DNA of 15,887 nucleotides from the NCBI GenBank assembly GCA_027031765.1, contig JALVPN010000073.1:1-15887 (forward strand). The letters run 5' to 3'. A program made the translations under genes and the position numbers. The notes beneath the pieces are model-generated. The model made no database searches. It saw only the letters and a program-made list of their open reading frames with translations, and was not told where the DNA came from. Positions 8,749 through 15,887 of the stretch are shown one piece after another (the stretch's first letter is position 1; each line of letters begins with the position of its first letter). The stretch is from Promethearchaeota archaeon. GTDB taxonomy: Archaea > Asgardarchaeota > Thorarchaeia > Thorarchaeales > Thorarchaeaceae.

Positions 8749-8852
8749 TTTTTCTCTTTCTCCTCACGTTTGATAAGAGAACTTGCGGCTGTCGGGGGAA
8801 CCCCTCGCCGGACAAACCTCCAGACTTGCGCCCCAGAGCGATGGGGTCGCAA
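8745..8852 (-). CDS. Candidate 35-aa upstream ORF (leader peptide) coupled to the subtilase start
   Basis: TTG at 8852-8850 lies 6 nt after GAGGAG (8864-8859). The frame is open to TGA at 8747-8745, which overlaps the subtilase ATG (ATGA). No homology evidence. Confidence 0.25.
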   Translation of the reverse strand: MRPHRSGAQVWRFVRRGVPPTAASSLIKREEKEKK

Positions 8853-8884
8853 TGCTATCTCCTCAATCCTCGTTCTCTTAATCA
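8771..8884 (-). ncRNA. Candidate structured cis-regulatory 5' leader
   Basis: Perfect 9-bp inverted repeat TAAGAGAAC (8774-8782) / GTTCTCTTA (8872-8880), extendable to 12 bp with one bulge. It encloses hairpin 8826-8852 and a second structured block at 8784-8814. No known RNA family recognised. Confidence 0.4.
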
Positions 8885-8893
8885 CATGTGATT
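8880..8893. promoter_or_regulatory. Perfect 14-bp palindrome, candidate operator
   Basis: AATCACATGTGATT is its own reverse complement. It is intergenic and lies ~23 bp downstream (minus sense) of a TATA-like TTAATAAT. Confidence 0.5.
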
Positions 8894-8915
8894 GAGTGAC
8901 AACGGGGCATCCGCC

Positions 8916-8923
8916 ATTATTAA
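8916..8923 (-). promoter_or_regulatory. TATA-like box for the large subtilase
   Basis: TTAATAAT on the minus strand is the main AT-rich patch between 8894 and 9018. There is no strong BRE upstream. Confidence 0.35.
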
Positions 8924-9018
8924 GGGTTGCGAACCTCCAAAGCGGCGGTGTCTGCTTGGTGCACTGCAGCATACGACGTTGATGAGTACGGGGTCGCTGA
9001 GGCAGGTGGTGCGGACGA

Positions 9019-12000
9019 CTATGGTACCGCATGTCGGCGCCGCCCTACTAGGAGCAGTACCACAACCGCAACGGCAGAAACGCCCCCAGCACCCATGATG
9101 AGGAGTGTCGAGTAGGCCGGAGGAGGATACGGCCCCAGTGGGTACTCTAGCCGCAGGCAGACCGTGTCTGTGGCCGTGTTCCCGAAATAGTCGGAGGCGA
9201 GCAGGGTGACGTTCCAGGTGGTGCCGGACTCGTATGGCCCCAAGGTGAACACCATGGTAGAAGACACCCACAGGCCATTGTCAGCCACACTCCCGTTCAC
9301 GAGCACAGTATAGTCCCACAACAGTGCGTCGTGGGCCCGCCACGTGATGTTCGCACTCATCCCTGTGGGACTGCCCCATTCAGTAATCTTCACGAGAGAG
9401 ACCACTGGCGGCTCGGTATCGGCCAACATGACCTGATAGTGGGCGGCGACAATGGCGTCGACCCGGACATCCTCGCCAGAAACGAACCGCACCCTGATGT
9501 AGCGCACCCATGGGAGGCCCGCTGTGGCAAGGTCGAAGCTCGAGTTCTCATGGCCCAGGCCCAGCGAGATGAAGGGCGAGTCGGCAGTCATCGCGACGAA
9601 GACACGGTACCTGCCACCAGTAGCGACCACGGTGAAGTCACTGCCCTCACCATCAAGCACCTCCTCATGCAGGCCCATGTCAACAGTGAGATAGCCGTTG
9701 TCATAGTTGAAGGTGACTGTGGTGTACCGTCCGTCAGGTGGACCTATCGAGGCATCGAGGTCTACACACCAGAGGCTCCGTGCCTCCACCACTGCGTCCA
9801 CGTACGGGTCACCCATACGGTACTCGACTGAGAGAATGGACGAGGACAGGGAGTCCGCCTCCGAGTCCCACACCCGCAGTGTCAGGTTGTAGTGGCAGGG
9901 GAACCACCGCTCAGCAGTCCAGTTGGCCACCGGTACACTCACACGCGCACCTGACACCGGCCCGGTAGAGAACAGCGAGCCATTACGCCACAGCTCCCAG
10001 GCCACACCACCGTGCACCTCCCACTGGAGCGTCAGGTCAGACCCCCAGAGTACTACTGATGGGTGGAGGGGGCCCACGATGACCGGTGGGCTGGGAGAGG
10101 ACACAACGTAGGTGGTCATCTGGTGGGTAGAATGACCAGCGGCATCCCTAGCAACAAGTGTGATGTTGTATGTCCCCTCATCAAGGACCGGCACCTCCCA
10201 GACCACTGTGTGTGGTGACCCGGCCCACTGCTCACCCATGACCTCCTGACCATCCACATACAGCGTCCAAGAATCCGGCAGGTTGTCGCTGAGCGTCCAG
10301 GAGAGAGAGACCGTATTGCCCCACGTGACATCCAAGAGAGCTGGTGGCCCATCGATGACCGGGGGCTCAGCAGGATACACGGTCACCCAGACCGACTCGT
10401 CATAGAGGAGCTCCGTGCCGTTCCAGATGCACAGCGTGATATTGTGGGTGCCCGTGCCAAGGGCCACGAGGTCGAGCCCGATGTCACCGCCTTCCCAGGG
10501 CCCGGAGGCCACGGTCGTGCCGTCTGATAGGAGCTCGTATGTGACAGGGCCCGCAGCATAGCCTGACCACCGCAGGACCGTATCATTGGCACCTACTTCG
10601 ATCACTGTTGGTCCCGACCGGCGCAGTCCCACCACCTCCACGAGGACTTCCACGGTGTCCGCAGTGGTCTGGCCGTACTGGTTCTGTATGACCAGTGTGA
10701 CGTTGTGTAGGCCCTCCGGTAGCACACCAAGTTGGAAAGCCAGTGTCGTGGGCCGCCAGAAACGGTCGAACTTGAAGCTGCCCTGCGCCACTTCGTCGTC
10801 GTCCAAATAGAGGGTGTATTGTCCCGGTAGGGTCATCTTGTTCCTGTAGTTGAACCACGCCCTCCATGTGATGTTCACAGGTGTGCCGGGCTGCGCCCAT
10901 ACGTCATCCGGCGAGTCGAGAACTGGTGAGGACCTGAACCGCTCCATCCGGTATACGCCGTAGAGGTAGTCGGCAGTGACCGGAAAGGAGACCTCCCATG
11001 CAACATCTCCCGAGGGTGTCACCTCCACGAGGTAGGCACTCTTGCCGTTTGCACGTGCCCTCCAATAGCCGAAGGTACCGAGCCGGTTCCCATTGGGCAG
11101 ACGGTCAGCGTCACCCCAGCCGGCGCAATAGTAGTCGGTAGAGGGAGTCCATGCCCATGAAACGTATGCGGTCATATCGGTCTCATTGACCGTAATCTCC
11201 AAGAGGCGAGAGCGACTGTTTACTATGCCCGTCTGGTTGTGCAGGTCATTGTCAAATAGGATGAATGTGTTGTCATCGACCCGTTCGACCGAGTGGGCGT
11301 GGTAGAACAGGCACTCCCGCTGACGTCCGTACTGGTCGTAGAGTGTGAAGTCACCGTACTCACCCAGCCCCCAGACCACGTTCCCAGTCTTGTGGTCAAT
11401 CTTGAAAAACGTGTTAGTGTTACGTGAGTTGTAGTAGATCATGTCCTCGTCAGCATCGTAGAATATTGTGTTGGAGTGAGATATGTCGGGGACTCCAGAC
11501 AAGCGGTCGTGAGATGGGCACCACATCGAGTATGATAGGAAGTCGCTCGTCCGCATTGACCAGACCAACCCACCGGTACGGTTGTACTCCCGGATGTCAT
11601 CAAAAAGGCAGTCCACCCCACCACTCTCGGCATAGTACTGACCGAAAGTGAAGAAGGTGTCATTGTTGGGGTTGTACTCGTATTCATGGTGGCCAGAGAA
11701 ACCCAAGTACTCGTAGCTGTTGTTTACAAAGTCCCACAACGCCGCACCTTGTGGGCCACTAGTGAGTATAGTGTAAGGGGTCACGAACTCTACGGGCAAG
11801 TTCAGGACCGCAGTGCTGCCAAGTGGTTCTTGGAGGAGGATGTTGCCGTCCATGTCCATGACTAGGAGCATGGAGTCCGGCGAGATGGTCGAACGGTCGA
11901 GGCGGCCCAGGACGAACAGGTTATACCCGTCGAAGGACTGCGGGGTGTTGATGACCTCATACTCGACACCCTTGGCGTCATAGGAGGACTGGTGGTAGTG

Positions 12001-12204
12001 ACGGGGCGGGCTCGGGAGCGGGACGCTGGGGCCGTCGCACACAGACTGCACCGTGCTCCATCCAGTGCTCCTGAGGTGCAGCCGCCCGGTCACACGGATG
12101 ATAGCAGGGGGCACGGGGGCGATGGCAGACAGCAGTATAGCTGCAACTACGATGGCCCCAATGGGAACTGCACAGTGCCTGTCGGCACCGCACACAATGA
12201 CCAC
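9019..12204 (-). CDS. Secreted, membrane-anchored arylsulfotransferase (ASST)-like protein with five Ig-like repeats and a jelly-roll-like domain, 1061 aa
   Basis: N-terminal hydrophobic signal. ASST-family motifs GHHEY, DISHSNT, NSRN, VVWGLG, YHAHSV, LFDND, GDADRLPNGN. About 90-aa W...Y..Y.DG...G.(Y/H)N(I/V)TL repeats. C-terminal transmembrane helix plus RRR. SD-like GTGAGGT upstream of GTG12204. Confidence 0.85.
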   Translation of the reverse strand: MVIVCGADRHCAVPIGAIVVAAILLSAIAPVPPAIIRVTGRLHLRSTGWSTVQSVCDGPSVPLPSPPRHYHQSSYDAKGVEYEVINTPQSFDGYNLFVLGRLDRSTISPDSMLLVMDMDGNILLQEPLGSTAVLNLPVEFVTPYTILTSGPQGAALWDFVNNSYEYLGFSGHHEYEYNPNNDTFFTFGQYYAESGGVDCLFDDIREYNRTGGLVWSMRTSDFLSYSMWCPSHDRLSGVPDISHSNTIFYDADEDMIYYNSRNTNTFFKIDHKTGNVVWGLGEYGDFTLYDQYGRQRECLFYHAHSVERVDDNTFILFDNDLHNQTGIVNSRSRLLEITVNETDMTAYVSWAWTPSTDYYCAGWGDADRLPNGNRLGTFGYWRARANGKSAYLVEVTPSGDVAWEVSFPVTADYLYGVYRMERFRSSPVLDSPDDVWAQPGTPVNITWRAWFNYRNKMTLPGQYTLYLDDDEVAQGSFKFDRFWRPTTLAFQLGVLPEGLHNVTLVIQNQYGQTTADTVEVLVEVVGLRRSGPTVIEVGANDTVLRWSGYAAGPVTYELLSDGTTVASGPWEGGDIGLDLVALGTGTHNITLCIWNGTELLYDESVWVTVYPAEPPVIDGPPALLDVTWGNTVSLSWTLSDNLPDSWTLYVDGQEVMGEQWAGSPHTVVWEVPVLDEGTYNITLVARDAAGHSTHQMTTYVVSSPSPPVIVGPLHPSVVLWGSDLTLQWEVHGGVAWELWRNGSLFSTGPVSGARVSVPVANWTAERWFPCHYNLTLRVWDSEADSLSSSILSVEYRMGDPYVDAVVEARSLWCVDLDASIGPPDGRYTTVTFNYDNGYLTVDMGLHEEVLDGEGSDFTVVATGGRYRVFVAMTADSPFISLGLGHENSSFDLATAGLPWVRYIRVRFVSGEDVRVDAIVAAHYQVMLADTEPPVVSLVKITEWGSPTGMSANITWRAHDALLWDYTVLVNGSVADNGLWVSSTMVFTLGPYESGTTWNVTLLASDYFGNTATDTVCLRLEYPLGPYPPPAYSTLLIMGAGGVSAVAVVVLLLVGRRRHAVP

Positions 12205-12347
12205 CCCCGCTCTACCTCACGATACACCCAGCGCACGCCCAGAGATGGGCTGGCGGTATGTAGTGGCACGTGCACAGGGTTTGTGTGGGCACCGAGTCCC
12301 GGGCCGGCCTTTCCACGGAGACCCAGTAGGACAGGACAGCACAGGAC

Positions 12348-13388
12348 CTACCCCCTCGTGAGCCGCTTCACAGAGTCAACAATCTCATGCAGCATCATTA
12401 CTGCCCCAATCATCTCCACACGCGGCCTGTCGTCGGTCGGCGGCCCTGAGACCCGTTTCAGTGCGTCATCGAGGTCGCGCACGATTGTCACAAGCGTCTC
12501 TTTGACCCGTGGCTCCAGAGAGCTCTCTTCAATACTCCGGACGACCTCGTCCGTGTCCGATATGACACTCTCAGCTACCTGTGTTGCGGTCTCAGACCTG
12601 TTGCGGAGCTCTTCAAGGTCTTTCTGGAGCTCGGCCAGCTGGGAGCGCAGCTTCTCAAGGGATGCATCGTCCACGACAGCTGGTCGTGATGCCAGCTCCC
12701 CCCGCAGCTGCTGGACCTCGGCCTGCAGTTGCCTGATCCGCTCGTCGCGCTCCGCAATGTCCGCCCTGAACTTCTCTTCAGACGGGGCCTCGGACTCCAG
12801 GCGGGCCAGCTCGTCTCTCAGACCTGATAGCTCCTTCTCCAGCTCCGCCAGTCGGTCCTCGCGCTGCACAAGGAACTCGTTGAGTCTCTTGTTCTCAGCC
12901 TCCAGTTCCTGGAGCTGGGAGCGCAGTGCGTCAGCCTCTGCCCGGGCCTCTGAAATCGTGCGGCGCATTGCAACGACATCCGGCTCCACTGGCGACACCA
13001 CAAAATACGCAAGGATGACCATGAAGAAGCCCACACCGATGAGATAGAGTACGCCGAGCCAGATGCCCCCGAAGATGAACTCGGTACCAATGCGCAGGGC
13101 TGCAACGAACGTGCCCCAGGAGCCAAAGGTCAGCCCTTCAGGCCCCCACCACATTGAGCCGAACCCTGCGTAGAGGATGGCGAGAGCAGTGCCCACGAGT
13201 GAGAGCACGCCCGTGATGACAATGATGTTGCGCAACAGGTCCTCCTGCGGGAGGTTCCGTTGATAGAACAATAGAAAGATGCCAAAGACCATGAGCGGGA
13301 CTGCATATGCGGACACCGCGACCAAGGCGTCCACTGGTGATGTGTAGTCGATTGCGAGAAGAATACCTGAGAGAGACCCTGTGGCCAT
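12348..13388 (-). CDS. Hypothetical membrane protein: ~3 N-terminal TM helices plus long coiled coil, 346 aa
   Basis: Hydrophobic segments within residues ~20-130, heptad-rich E/L/R/Q region at ~138-265, short helical C-terminal domain. Clear SD and TATA upstream. Confidence 0.85.
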   Translation of the reverse strand: MATGSLSGILLAIDYTSPVDALVAVSAYAVPLMVFGIFLLFYQRNLPQEDLLRNIIVITGVLSLVGTALAILYAGFGSMWWGPEGLTFGSWGTFVAALRIGTEFIFGGIWLGVLYLIGVGFFMVILAYFVVSPVEPDVVAMRRTISEARAEADALRSQLQELEAENKRLNEFLVQREDRLAELEKELSGLRDELARLESEAPSEEKFRADIAERDERIRQLQAEVQQLRGELASRPAVVDDASLEKLRSQLAELQKDLEELRNRSETATQVAESVISDTDEVVRSIEESSLEPRVKETLVTIVRDLDDALKRVSGPPTDDRPRVEMIGAVMMLHEIVDSVKRLTRG

Positions 13389-13395
13389 GAGTCAG

Positions 13396-13437
13396 TCCTC
13401 CTTGGACTTGTCAATAGTGACATCGGCTGATTATAAC
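13396..13437 (-). promoter_or_regulatory. Promoter (TATA) and SD of the coiled-coil gene
   Basis: GTTATAAT at 13437-13430 and GGAGGA at 13401-13396, 7 nt before ATG13388. Spacing fits an archaeal TSS near 13405. Confidence 0.55.
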
Positions 13438-13626
13438 CGTTCTGGCCACGGGAGGACAGCAGGGGCTGTCAGGTGACCAGACCACAGGTACAACCGGTGG
13501 AACGGGCGTTACTAGCACGGTGTCCGGTACGGACTTGACTGGGGGTAAGGTCGGGGAGGGGGCAGCACCTGCCACTGGTGTGCCTCTCGGAGACCACCCG
13601 TCCCTCAAGTGGTGCCAGTGCGGTGC

Positions 13627-13917
13627 TCACGACCTCCACAGCTCGGCCTTTCTGGCCTCATGGTCCATGACAGCGGCCTCAAGGCACTTGAACAGACGAC
13701 AGGCCTCGTCGATAGAGAGGAGGAACGCCTTCTTGACGTCGCGGTCTTCACCCAGTGAGATACGTATCCTGCCGTCATTCACCCAGCCCTCGGGTGTGGT
13801 CTCAGGTGGCTGGAGCTGCACCTCAAGCCAAGTGCGTCTTGTCTGGCCCGTCTGGCGGTCCTCGAAGAAGTGTTTGATCTGGAGCCGGCGCTCAAATACT
13901 TGTGGTCTATCACCCAT
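13627..13917 (-). CDS. Small hypothetical protein, 96 aa, possible PC4/Whirly-like nucleic-acid-binding fold
   Basis: ATG13917 is preceded by SD AGGTGA (13930-13925). Globular, charged composition (MGDRPQVFERRLQIKHFFED...ELWRS). The fold call is pattern-based only. Confidence 0.8.
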   Translation of the reverse strand: MGDRPQVFERRLQIKHFFEDRQTGQTRRTWLEVQLQPPETTPEGWVNDGRIRISLGEDRDVKKAFLLSIDEACRLFKCLEAAVMDHEARKAELWRS

Positions 13918-14163
13918 CGTGTCATCACCTTCACGTGTGCTATGGGGACAAGCGTCCCGGTGATACTGTCCCCACACAGACATTTCACTCCATCTCTCGG
14001 TCGGACTGAGTCATCTCGACAGCCGCTGGTGGCGATTCGTCGGCCCACGGGGTGCACACAGAAATGCATCTCTCATCACCCATGGGCAGTGAGACCTACG
14101 GGAAGACAAGCCTTATCTTGTAATGTCGGAACCATCGTCGGGAGTGCTGGAGGCCATCCCCGC

Positions 14164-15887
14164 ATGAAGCGTGAAACACTGAACCTTGTCGCAATGCTCG
14201 TCCTAGCAGCAGTGGTCACTGCACCGTTGCCGGTCGGACTCGTTGCGGCAGCCGCACCCCCATCCGTACACCATGGGGCGCTGCCGCTGACAGCAGACCT
14301 CACGGAGTTCCTCTCCAACAGCAATGGTCCGGAAGTACCCGTTGTCGTACACCTCCGCGAGGGCTACTCCGCGCAGGCCGTGGCCGACCGCCTTGCCGAA
14401 GTCCCCGGGGTGCGTGTGTACCGCGTGCTGGAGAGGATCTCAATGGTCTCTGTCCGGGCATCCCGTGACAGTGTGTCCGACCTGGCACGGCTCCACTTTG
14501 TCACACTACTGTCACTCGACAAGACCCGCTCTGTCCCACAGCTCGCGGTGCCACACGACGGGGTCCGGGCGTTGAGCCTGTCGACCTACGTACACCCGGA
14601 CAGAGTCCTCGGGGCTGACAAGATGTGGGCCCTGGGGTATGATGGTACTGGGGTCACCGTAGCGGTGCTCGATAGTGGTGCTGACGGTTCGCACCCGGAC
14701 CTGGCAGGACGGATAGCCTACTTCCACGACTACATCCATGACCGTGACACTCCCTACGATGACAATGGTCATGGGACAGCAGTGGCCTGGCTGGTCGCCG
14801 GGACCGGGGTCGCAAACGGGGGCAAGTACAGGGGGATGGCACCAGGTGCAGACCTCATGGTACTCAAGGTCCTGGACGCATCGGGACAGGGTGATGACTC
14901 CACGATTGCGGAGGCCATACTGTACGCCGTAGACCATGGTGTGGATGTCGTGAGCCTGAGTCTTGGTGGCGAGTGGGCTGACAGTCCCGTGACAGACCCA
15001 TCTGTCAGCGCCTGCCGCACGGCTGTTGGGAACGGCGTCGTTGTTGTGGTCGCTGGTGGCAACTCGGGACCTGCAGCCTCCACAGTGATGTCGCCGGGCA
15101 TGACACAGGAGGTCATCACGGTCGGGGCATCAGTGCTCGATGCGGGCGTGGTCGCCTTTAGCAGCAGAGGACCAGTGGTACACACCCGGAGCGTGCCGCG
15201 CGGCTCTTTTGCCAAGCCGGATGTGGTAGCACCAGGCATAGGGATACTCTCAGGCCGTTCGTCCGTGGTCAACGACCCACAGGAATACCCGGTATACAAC
15301 CAGTCCCAGTACGGTGACACGTATACCATGTGGGCGGGCACATCGGCCTCATGTCCACAGGTAGCAGGACTTGCAGCGCTACTGCTACAGAGGCACCCAT
15401 GGGCCACACCACTCGACGTCAAGACCTCGCTCATGTCAGGTGCACACGACCTTGGTGCAGACCCGATGGAACAGGGCTGGGGACTGGCAAACGTCAGCCG
15501 GGCGTCCGAAATCCTGTCAACAGGGGTACCAATCACAATCATGACCCCGAAGTCGTATCCGACGCTACCGGGGACTCCAGTCGTCCTCATTGTTGGCGAC
15601 CAGCGGGGACCCCAGAACGTCACCGTCATCTCCACGGCAGACCGGGGGACGGCAGCGATAGAGGTCACAGGCAACGCATCACGCTTTGTGAACGTGTCTA
15701 GTGAGAGCATCGATGTCCGCGAGGGCTACACCTATTTCGGGATAGGGCTAAGCCTCCCGGACGCAATGCCACTCAACAGTACAGGCCAGTACGTGGGCGT
15801 CCTCTCTCTCGTGACCGACACCGGGTCCATTGCAGACATGGCGCCCCCGGCCGCGGCAAAGGGCGGGTATCTCCGGTCGCTGGAGAT
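14164..15887 (+). CDS. Secreted S8 serine peptidase (subtilisin-like), 3'-truncated; not in the ORF track
   Basis: Manual translation from ATG14164 (SD GGAGG 14149-14153) has no stop to the window end. Signal MKRETLNLVAMLVLAAVVTAPL, propeptide, Asp170 VAVLDSG (14671), His203 DNGHGT (14770), GGNSG, FSSRGP, KPDVVAPG, Ser394 GTSASCP (15343), QGWG, then a beta-rich domain. Confidence 0.94.
   Translation, partial: MKRETLNLVAMLVLAAVVTAPLPVGLVAAAAPPSVHHGALPLTADLTEFLSNSNGPEVPVVVHLREGYSAQAVADRLAEVPGVRVYRVLERISMVSVRASRDSVSDLARLHFVTLLSLDKTRSVPQLAVPHDGVRALSLSTYVHPDRVLGADKMWALGYDGTGVTVAVLDSGADGSHPDLAGRIAYFHDYIHDRDTPYDDNGHGTAVAWLVAGTGVANGGKYRGMAPGADLMVLKVLDASGQGDDSTIAEAILYAVDHGVDVVSLSLGGEWADSPVTDPSVSACRTAVGNGVVVVVAGGNSGPAASTVMSPGMTQEVITVGASVLDAGVVAFSSRGPVVHTRSVPRGSFAKPDVVAPGIGILSGRSSVVNDPQEYPVYNQSQYGDTYTMWAGTSASCPQVAGLAALLLQRHPWATPLDVKTSLMSGAHDLGADPMEQGWGLANVSRASEILSTGVPITIMTPKSYPTLPGTPVVLIVGDQRGPQNVTVISTADRGTAAIEVTGNASRFVNVSSESIDVREGYTYFGIGLSLPDAMPLNSTGQYVGVLSLVTDTGSIADMAPPAAAKGGYLRSLE

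Noticed and set aside
8771-8870. Partial likeness to SAM-I (CTCTTATC/GATAAGAG), c-di-AMP (GTCGGGGGAACC) and fluoride (GCGATGGGGTCGC) riboswitches
   Set aside because: The SAM-I arms are in the wrong order. The other two fragments are antisense to the downstream gene and lack the rest of their consensus.
11992-13047. 351-aa plus-strand ORF
   Set aside because: Ser-rich antisense shadow of the coiled-coil gene and the ASST N-terminus.
13411-13629. In-frame ORF after the TGA stop of the 96-aa gene (possible Sec or stop readthrough)
   Set aside because: The extension is Pro/Val low-complexity, runs over the next gene's TATA box, has no redox motif around the TGA, and no SECIS was recognised.
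1834-13937. CACGTG/CATGTG hexamers in several intergenic regions (1834, 3722, 8885, 12267, 13932)
   Set aside because: A 6-mer is expected many times by chance and also occurs inside coding regions. Only the 14-bp palindrome was kept.
14106-14121. ACAAG-ccttat-CTTGT inverted repeat over a weak TATA-like site before the second subtilase
   Set aside because: The arms are only 5 bp, indistinguishable from chance without comparative data.
14769-15710. 313-aa minus-strand ORF
   Set aside because: Antisense shadow of the plus-strand subtilase, which has a full catalytic triad. The translation is Ser/Thr/Pro-rich with no motifs.
1-15887. CRISPR array, tRNA/rRNA, transposase, integrase or DGR
   Set aside because: No repeat-spacer periodicity, T-loop/cloverleaf, RT or transposase motifs, or template/variable repeat pair was seen by eye.

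Overview
A GC-rich archaeal window; it may be a whole contig, since genes are cut at both ends. An Asgard (Thorarchaeia-like) origin is inferred, not proven, from the archaeal-type CitG, GGTGA/GGAGG ribosome-binding sites, TATA-like boxes, a small wHTH regulator and surface proteins with Ig-like repeats. Left third, metabolism: 5'-truncated sirtuin then a CitG-like protein, a small winged-helix regulator on the minus strand, then glyoxylate reductase and nitroreductase. Middle and right, cell surface: a 1608-aa membrane-anchored subtilase with a 269-residue Asp-His spacing and a Thr stalk; a 1061-aa arylsulfotransferase-like protein with five Ig-like repeats and a C-terminal anchor; a membrane-anchored coiled-coil protein; a 96-aa protein with a PC4/Whirly-like pattern; and a second, 3'-truncated subtilase absent from the ORF track. 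The most unusual non-coding signal is the ~145-nt leader of the large subtilase: a perfect 14-bp palindrome, a long-range closing stem around competing hairpins, and an SD-led TTG uORF ending in an ATGA overlap with the protease start. No rRNA, tRNA, CRISPR array, transposase or integrase was recognised.
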